From Methylococcales bacterium (lineage in GTDB: Bacteria > Pseudomonadota > Gammaproteobacteria > Methylococcales > Methylomonadaceae), in the NCBI GenBank assembly GCA_038319065.1, contig JBBQCU010000001.1, positions 1 to 32,686 on the forward strand: 32,686 nt of DNA, given 5' to 3'. Shown in pieces: positions 28,027-32,686 of this stretch. How positions within the stretch are numbered: the first letter of the stretch is position 1; each line of letters opens with the position of its first letter. A program made the position numbers and the translations under genes. The notes beneath the pieces are model-generated. The model saw only the letters and a program-made list of their open reading frames with translations. It did no database searches and was not told where the DNA came from.

Positions 28027-29700
28027 TTGACTACACACCAGGTATCACTGTTCCCATTTCGCAGAGAGAATGTGTACACGTTCAATTTGAAAAACCCTTA
28101 TTTGCGGCCAATCATCCTCATGGCATTCATAGTCATCTGGGCAATCAGCACTTATTTTGGACGAAGTGCAGCCGGAGTGACCGGGAGTGATCCTTACGCA
28201 TATACACAGATGGCAGTCGACTTAGTTCGCCGCAGTACTCTTCTGCATCAGTTTCCTCTTGCACAAATTGCTTATCAGCTTAACGTGGCTGTTTGGCCAA
28301 CTGTTCATGTTGGTTATCATATCCCACCTGGTGGCCAAACGGAGTCTGCTTCTGTTTGGCCACCAGGTACATCTATACTCCTCGCCATTGGCTATACTCT
28401 CGCTGGTGAACGTGGGCTACTATGGACACCTTCTCTGTTTGGCTTGCTTGCCGTCATGATGGCAGGAGTCTTAGTGTACGAACTTTTTAGCGATTATCCG
28501 CTCATCAAACGACTTTGGCTATCTGCTATAACCGTCACCCTCCTTGCTACATCCTACCGTCAAGTTGAACTTACACTTGTGCCTATGTCTGATGTTCCAG
28601 CACAGTTTTTCGCAACCTTGACTGTCTGGGCTTCGGTGCGCGCAGCCCGAAAGGCTAGTTGGCAGTGGGGCATAGTTACAGGAATTGCTCTAGGGATAAG
28701 TTGTTTCATTCGTTACACGCACCTATTAATGTTGGCACCTATATTAGTAACGACCTACTGGTTTCGGCAGCAGTCAAATTGGCGACTAACTGTAGGACGA
28801 TGGCTTATTCCAGCAGGATTAGCTTTCATTGTTGTAGATTTACCTTTACTCTGGTATCACCAAATAGCCTTTGGTTCACCGTTCATTACGGCATCTTCTA
28901 AAGAGTTGGGATACTTTTCGTTGACCAATATTTTGCCTGTCGCCCACACTTTAGTGAAGGAGTTATTCCGCACGAACGAATTTTTTTACCTGTTGCCTTT
29001 TCTCGTTGGAGGTATCTGGATCATCTGGCAAACAGAACGGCATGTTTTTGTCTTACTGACAACGTGGTTTATGGGGTTAACAGTATTTCATTTACCCTAT
29101 GCTGCATTGCACCTACGGGGAATATTTTCCATTATGCCAGTGCTTGCCGGGCTGGTGGCTTTTGGCATAGTAGTGTGGATACAGTACTGGAAGAAGATCT
29201 GTGGCCCCAGAGTCAATCTGATCTGTGTCTTTATGATTGCAATTCCGCTCGTGGCCTTTCTACTGCGCTCCCGTCTTACCCTGCTTCTACCTTTAGGCAG
29301 TGAATTTAACACGTTCGGCTATCTCAATGCAGCAGAACGCAATGCGTTCGGAGAAATGGCCCAGATTGTCCCCACGACTGGTGTTATCGGCTGTTCGCTC
29401 AATAGTGGTGCTGTTGATCTGTATGCTAACCGTTTGACATTTCGCCCTGCTTATTGGAATGAGCAAGAGTTTAATCAATTTTTACTTGCCATGCATACTG
29501 CCAGCCGGCCAGTTTATCTATTAGTGGATGGAGATGAAATGCAGATGCCTTTGACATGGGCGCAACAACGCGCTAGATTGGTTCCACTTTGGGAGACCCG
29601 ACTTCCTTTCTTTTCACCCAATGGTAGCAGTTCTCCAAGAATTGTAACCCTCTGGCAGTTAAACATGACAGCATCCTATGTGAGTCCCCACTTGCGTTAA
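28027..29700 (+). CDS. GT-C-fold (PMT_2/ArnT-like) membrane glycosyltransferase
   Basis: GSDPYAY first-loop motif, WPPG, PMSDVPA and IRY motifs; about 11 TM helices and a soluble C-terminal domain. Start uncertain. Confidence 0.8.
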   Translation: MTTHQVSLFPFRRENVYTFNLKNPYLRPIILMAFIVIWAISTYFGRSAAGVTGSDPYAYTQMAVDLVRRSTLLHQFPLAQIAYQLNVAVWPTVHVGYHIPPGGQTESASVWPPGTSILLAIGYTLAGERGLLWTPSLFGLLAVMMAGVLVYELFSDYPLIKRLWLSAITVTLLATSYRQVELTLVPMSDVPAQFFATLTVWASVRAARKASWQWGIVTGIALGISCFIRYTHLLMLAPILVTTYWFRQQSNWRLTVGRWLIPAGLAFIVVDLPLLWYHQIAFGSPFITASSKELGYFSLTNILPVAHTLVKELFRTNEFFYLLPFLVGGIWIIWQTERHVFVLLTTWFMGLTVFHLPYAALHLRGIFSIMPVLAGLVAFGIVVWIQYWKKICGPRVNLICVFMIAIPLVAFLLRSRLTLLLPLGSEFNTFGYLNAAERNAFGEMAQIVPTTGVIGCSLNSGAVDLYANRLTFRPAYWNEQEFNQFLLAMHTASRPVYLLVDGDEMQMPLTWAQQRARLVPLWETRLPFFSPNGSSSPRIVTLWQLNMTASYVSPHLR

Positions 29701-29982
29701 GGGATGCAGTAAATATAAAAGTATGAGTAGCGTTCTTGCAACGCTTGTACAATCAGGCAACACAGAAAGAGCAAGGGAACCCTGGGCCGTCAGCACTCGT
29801 GGCGAACTATTAATGGCAAAGATCTCGACAAAAAAACTCTGTCTACTTGCACAGGTCGCAATTGAAAAATATATCAATTGTAAAAACAATTTAAATTTAT
29901 CTTCTACTTGCTGAAACTGTTTTAGAACACCATAATTCGACAATAAGACTCATGATAGTTACCCCCGTTCTCCCACTCTTCA

Positions 29983-30100
29983 GCAAACGGCCTAAAACGC
30001 CTGTAGGCACGATTTTGATGAGTTAACCATAAATAGGCTGTTCACGATGCTTTCATCGCCTTCTGTACCCAAATTCAAGGCTGTAGAGGGATTACAGAGT
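29983..30100 (+). repeat. dispersed intergenic repeat, copy B
   Basis: GCCTAAAACGCCTGTAGGCACGATTTTGATGAGTTAACCATAAATAGG plus a tail resembling that of copy C. Confidence 0.7.
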
Positions 30101-30468
30101 GCATTGAGACAAATTTCGTGCTTGGGTATTTCACATGGAATACTTTTTATTTACAAGAAAGATATTTTTTCTTGAGAAATACGGTAAACGCTCTCATTTC
30201 TGCTTGATATTCAAGCAGTTTTTGACTTCGTTCTTCTGATAATACAATTTCTTGGCATTGACTACCTTGGCTTGCCATTCGGTTTCCCTGAATTGTGAGG
30301 AGTCGATCATAGGCTACTTGTCTCATTTGATAAAACTCAGCCAGCAACTGCATAACTTTTTGTAGCTCTTCCAACTGTGGGCGTTTTATTTCCCTATACA
30401 ACTGTTGGATCTCTTGATAGAGCGGCGCTAGTTCTTCGCCTGGTTCACCTTTAAGCTCGAGAGTTTCT

Positions 30469-30695
30469 GTGACACTCCCATCCCTAAAGGGAATGGGCTT
30501 CTGCCAATTCAACATTGGCAGCAACTTGCACCGTGTCTGGGTGGCTACGCATAACCCGCCGAAGCAGGATACGATACTTTGGTGAACTCTGTTCACACGT
30601 TGAAAATTTTACGTCGTCAACGCTTGCTGACGACAACGCCCTATTTTCAGTTGGTAATGTGCTTGTAAATACGCCACTCTGTGCTGTATCTACAG
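30469..30695 (-). ncRNA. putative stand-alone TnpB-type omegaRNA scaffold
   Basis: Extended -10 TGGTATAAT (30709-30701), then several hairpins (GTCGTCAGCAAGCGTTGACGAC, GTGAACAGAGTTCAC, CCTGCTTCGGCGGG, TGCCAATGTTGAATTGGCA) leading into the right end. Confidence 0.5.
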
Positions 30696-30834
30696 GTGTA
30701 ATTATACCACGAAACAGGATAAAACTATGTTACATTTGGATTACAGTGGCACAACCAACACAACACCTCACCGGCTAAAGCCTACTGAAACCCGCCTTGC
30801 CGCACGGTTAAAACCGCAGGGGTTTGCGGCGGGT
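30469..30834 (-). mobile_element. non-autonomous IS200/IS605-family element (PATE-like), 366 bp
   Basis: Inserted 3' of TTGA with no target duplication. Left-end hairpin ACCCGCC...GCGGTTTTAACCGT...GGCGGGT; right end GAAGCCCATTCCCTTTAGGGATGGGAGTGTCAC ending in TCAC. No tnpA or tnpB. Confidence 0.85.
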
Positions 30835-31279
30835 TCAAGATCTATCATATCTGAGAGTTTATGCGTGCGCGTTCTTAATGTTCTGAGTTCATCGGTTTCT
30901 GGTGTTTGCATCTCTACCCACGGTGCAGCTATGCCACCGTCAAGATGACCTTCACAGGATTGCGTCGTGTGGATGTTAAACAGATTGAGGGCGACTACGG
31001 TATCAAATATCCCTGAATCAATCGGTTTCCCTAATCTGTCCGTCACGTTCCCTAATTGGTCGGCAAAATGTTTCCAAGCTTGTTCCTTTTGGTTCCTTTC
31101 TAAAGCTAAAGCGGTATCGGATGTTTGTGTCCCTTCTGTATTCTCCATTCAATAAGTAGCTTTAGGAAATTCCTAAAGTTTTTGAGTAATGAGTAACGTC
31201 TATAAGTGTAACAAAATTTGGTGGTAGATTCCAGAGAAAAAGGCGCATATCGTTGGCTTACCCAAAGGAGTAAACTAGC

Positions 31280-31801
31280 ATGAGCGACAAGTGTAATGTG
31301 TGCAGTGGCCTGGGTTCCTTGACCTGTAATAAGTGTACGGGCTCCGGTGGGATAACGTGTTTTAAATGTGAGGGTTCGGGCTATATGGCTACCCCTGTGG
31401 CGTGGGATAAACCGACTTGGCGCCATGACGTTGCGCCGGAACGCGGTTCAAGGACGTGTCATAAGTGTGAAGGAAAGGGCGTACTCCCTTGTCTTAAGTG
31501 TAGAGCAACCGGGCAAGTCGAATGTCGTAAATGTGGCGGCACCGGAACGTATACACGTAGTGGGCATAGTTCATCTTCTTATTCTCCATAGCGCGCGGAA
31601 ACGCGTGTTACCGGTACGATTAAGTTCTATAACAAAGACAAAGGGTTCGGCTTTATTGCGCCTGACTCGGGTGAACCTGATGTGCATGTCAGTCGAAAAA
31701 ATCTTCAAGAAGCAATCGACTTGCAGCAAGGAGACCGTGTTGAGTTTGTACACAGAAAAGGCGACAAAGGTCCCTGGGCTGCCGCAGTCTCCGTGTTATA
31801 A
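31280..31801 (+). CDS. DnaJ-type CxxCxGxG zinc-finger / cold-shock-domain fusion with one in-frame TAG (31589-31591)
   Basis: AAAGGAG SD and six CxxC repeats. After TAG the same frame reads RAETRVTGTIKFYNKDKGFGFIAPDSGEPDVHVSRKNL...GDRVEF...GDKGPWAAAV, an intact CSD with no start of its own. Confidence 0.8.
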
Positions 31802-31817
31802 AAGCTAACGTCGCCTT

Positions 31818-31932
31818 AGAAACCACGTAAAACGCCCATAGAAGCGGTTTCGATGGCTAGCCCTAAAAAGGAGTAATACATAATCCATTCGTCGCTCCAA
31901 GACCGAATTTTAAGGGTCTACAGCCATTTCTA
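31818..31932 (+). repeat. dispersed intergenic repeat, copy C
   Basis: AGAAACCACGTAAAACGCCCATAGAAGCGGTTTCGATGGCTAGCCCTAAAAAGG plus a tail resembling that of copy B. Confidence 0.8.
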
Positions 31933-31984
31933 GTTAGTGTTCTCAACATCATCACTTGCTGATAAAATCAAGTCCTTCTATTCC

Positions 31985-32367
31985 ATTCAATCGCCCTCTT
32001 CATAGTGCGGTCACTTAGACAACTCAAAGACCGCTACCATCAAACGATTGGCCACTTCATAAACCGGCTGCTGCATATCAATGTTCAATCATCTATCACG
32101 ACTGAAGGCCGCCGCCAAGGGCAGTAAATCCATCTTCTCGATGAAATTTTTACGGTCAAGCAAGTTCATGCTCTGTTGCATAACGTTATACACCTTTAAA
32201 GCAGAACCTGCTTCTAACGTAGTTTCACCTTTGAGGAAGCGAGAGAGGACACTGGGCTGAAGCCCAGCTTCCTGGGCTAGGTTCCGAAGGCTACGGGTAT
32301 AGGCAGTGAGCCAGTTACGCACAATTTGTCTTGCTTGTTCCTCAAGAGGTTGGTTTGGCTCATTCAT
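31985..32367 (-). pseudogene. truncated paralog of HTH-TPR regulator 13747..15129
   Basis: Near-identical HTH. Homology continues past TGA 32089 (LNIDMQQPVYEVANRLMVA vs LMTDKHASPYEIGSRLMLA), followed by a second TGA and an apparent frameshift. Confidence 0.85.
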
Positions 32368-32407
32368 AGGATTCCCTCATTATAGGTGACACGAGTATCC
32401 GTGTAGG

Positions 32408-32424
32408 TGTTGCTCAAAGCAACA
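32408..32424. promoter_or_regulatory. palindromic operator, copy 2
   Basis: TGTTGCTCAAAGCAACA. On the minus strand it overlaps a TTGCTT-17 nt-GATACT promoter-like arrangement. Confidence 0.7.
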
Positions 32425-32546
32425 GAAGACGATTGCCAGGCAGCTCCTTCTATGTTACTTTATACTATATAACGATATACTACCTAGCGATTCCTCATAC
32501 ATACCATATACGTCTGTCTACTGTCAATATAATGACGAGTGCATTG

Positions 32547-32686
32547 CAGGGCAATCGCATCTTAATTCCAATAAATATCGCTGCAAAATCGAGTCGAAAT
32601 GCCCACAATTCAGGTCACCACATCCCGGTTTCGCAGCAAAATCACAAGCTTACTCACGGCAGTCAAGCGCCATCTTGCTCGCTCAC
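32547..32686. mobile_element. end of a second ISAs1-type element or MITE running off the window
   Basis: CAGGGCAATCGCATCTTAATT is 20/21 identical to the right terminal repeat of the MITE at 22243-22263, with weak sub-terminal similarity. Confidence 0.7.

Larger units (their letters stand above)
30147..31148 (-). pseudogene. TxxSCEGH-motif protein gene split by an insertion
   Basis: The 5' half (DRLGKPIDSGI...TTQSCEGH...PWV) and the 3' half (...YQAEMRAFTVFLK) are in the same frame. Removing 30469-30834 gives ...MIDLEETLELKGEPG..., a 211-aa ORF. Confidence 0.8.

Noticed and set aside
35-29943. Numerous short antisense or nested ORFs in the track
   Set aside because: They shadow longer motif-bearing genes and lack SDs or recognisable domains.
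30469-30834. Group I intron or IStron, since the insertion is in frame
   Set aside because: It ends in TCAC rather than a terminal G, and no intron core was recognised. The ends fit a plain IS200/IS605 derivative.
19598-31932. CRISPR repeats or integron attC sites
   Set aside because: The copies are kilobases apart, lack RYYYAAC/GTTRRRY boxes, and there are no cas or intI genes.
31280-32367. Alternative genetic code explaining the in-frame stops
   Set aside because: TAG, TGA and TAA all terminate clearly intact genes elsewhere in the window, and the regulator copy also appears frameshifted.

Overview
This is an accessory, mobile-element-like region with no rRNA, tRNA, CRISPR array, integrase or housekeeping gene. 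The host is probably Chloroflexota (inferred from a YLPLI surface motif, NBR1-like Ig domains and non-catalytic FGE-sulfatase domains). Left part (1-15 kb): a tightly packed minus-strand operon of small helical and zinc-finger proteins leads into a VirD4/TraD-like ATPase and probably a replication-relaxation gene at the window edge. It is followed by a DUF218-like gene, a divergent XRE regulator pair (HTH-TM-FGE and HTH-TPR) and a second VirD4-like ATPase downstream of another HTH-TPR regulator. Middle (15-30 kb): surface cargo made of an LRR/PKD/Ig-S1 protease, a GH-A/NBR1-Ig/FGE protein and three GT-C-fold membrane glycosyltransferases. Features not in the ORF track: a 227-bp ISAs1-type MITE with a 10-bp target duplication; a 366-bp protein-free IS200/IS605 element with its own promoter that looks like a stand-alone omegaRNA cassette and splits a gene in frame; a zinc-finger/cold-shock fusion interrupted by one in-frame TAG; an HTH-TPR pseudogene that keeps its paralog's palindromic operator; shared operators; and a three-copy dispersed intergenic repeat.
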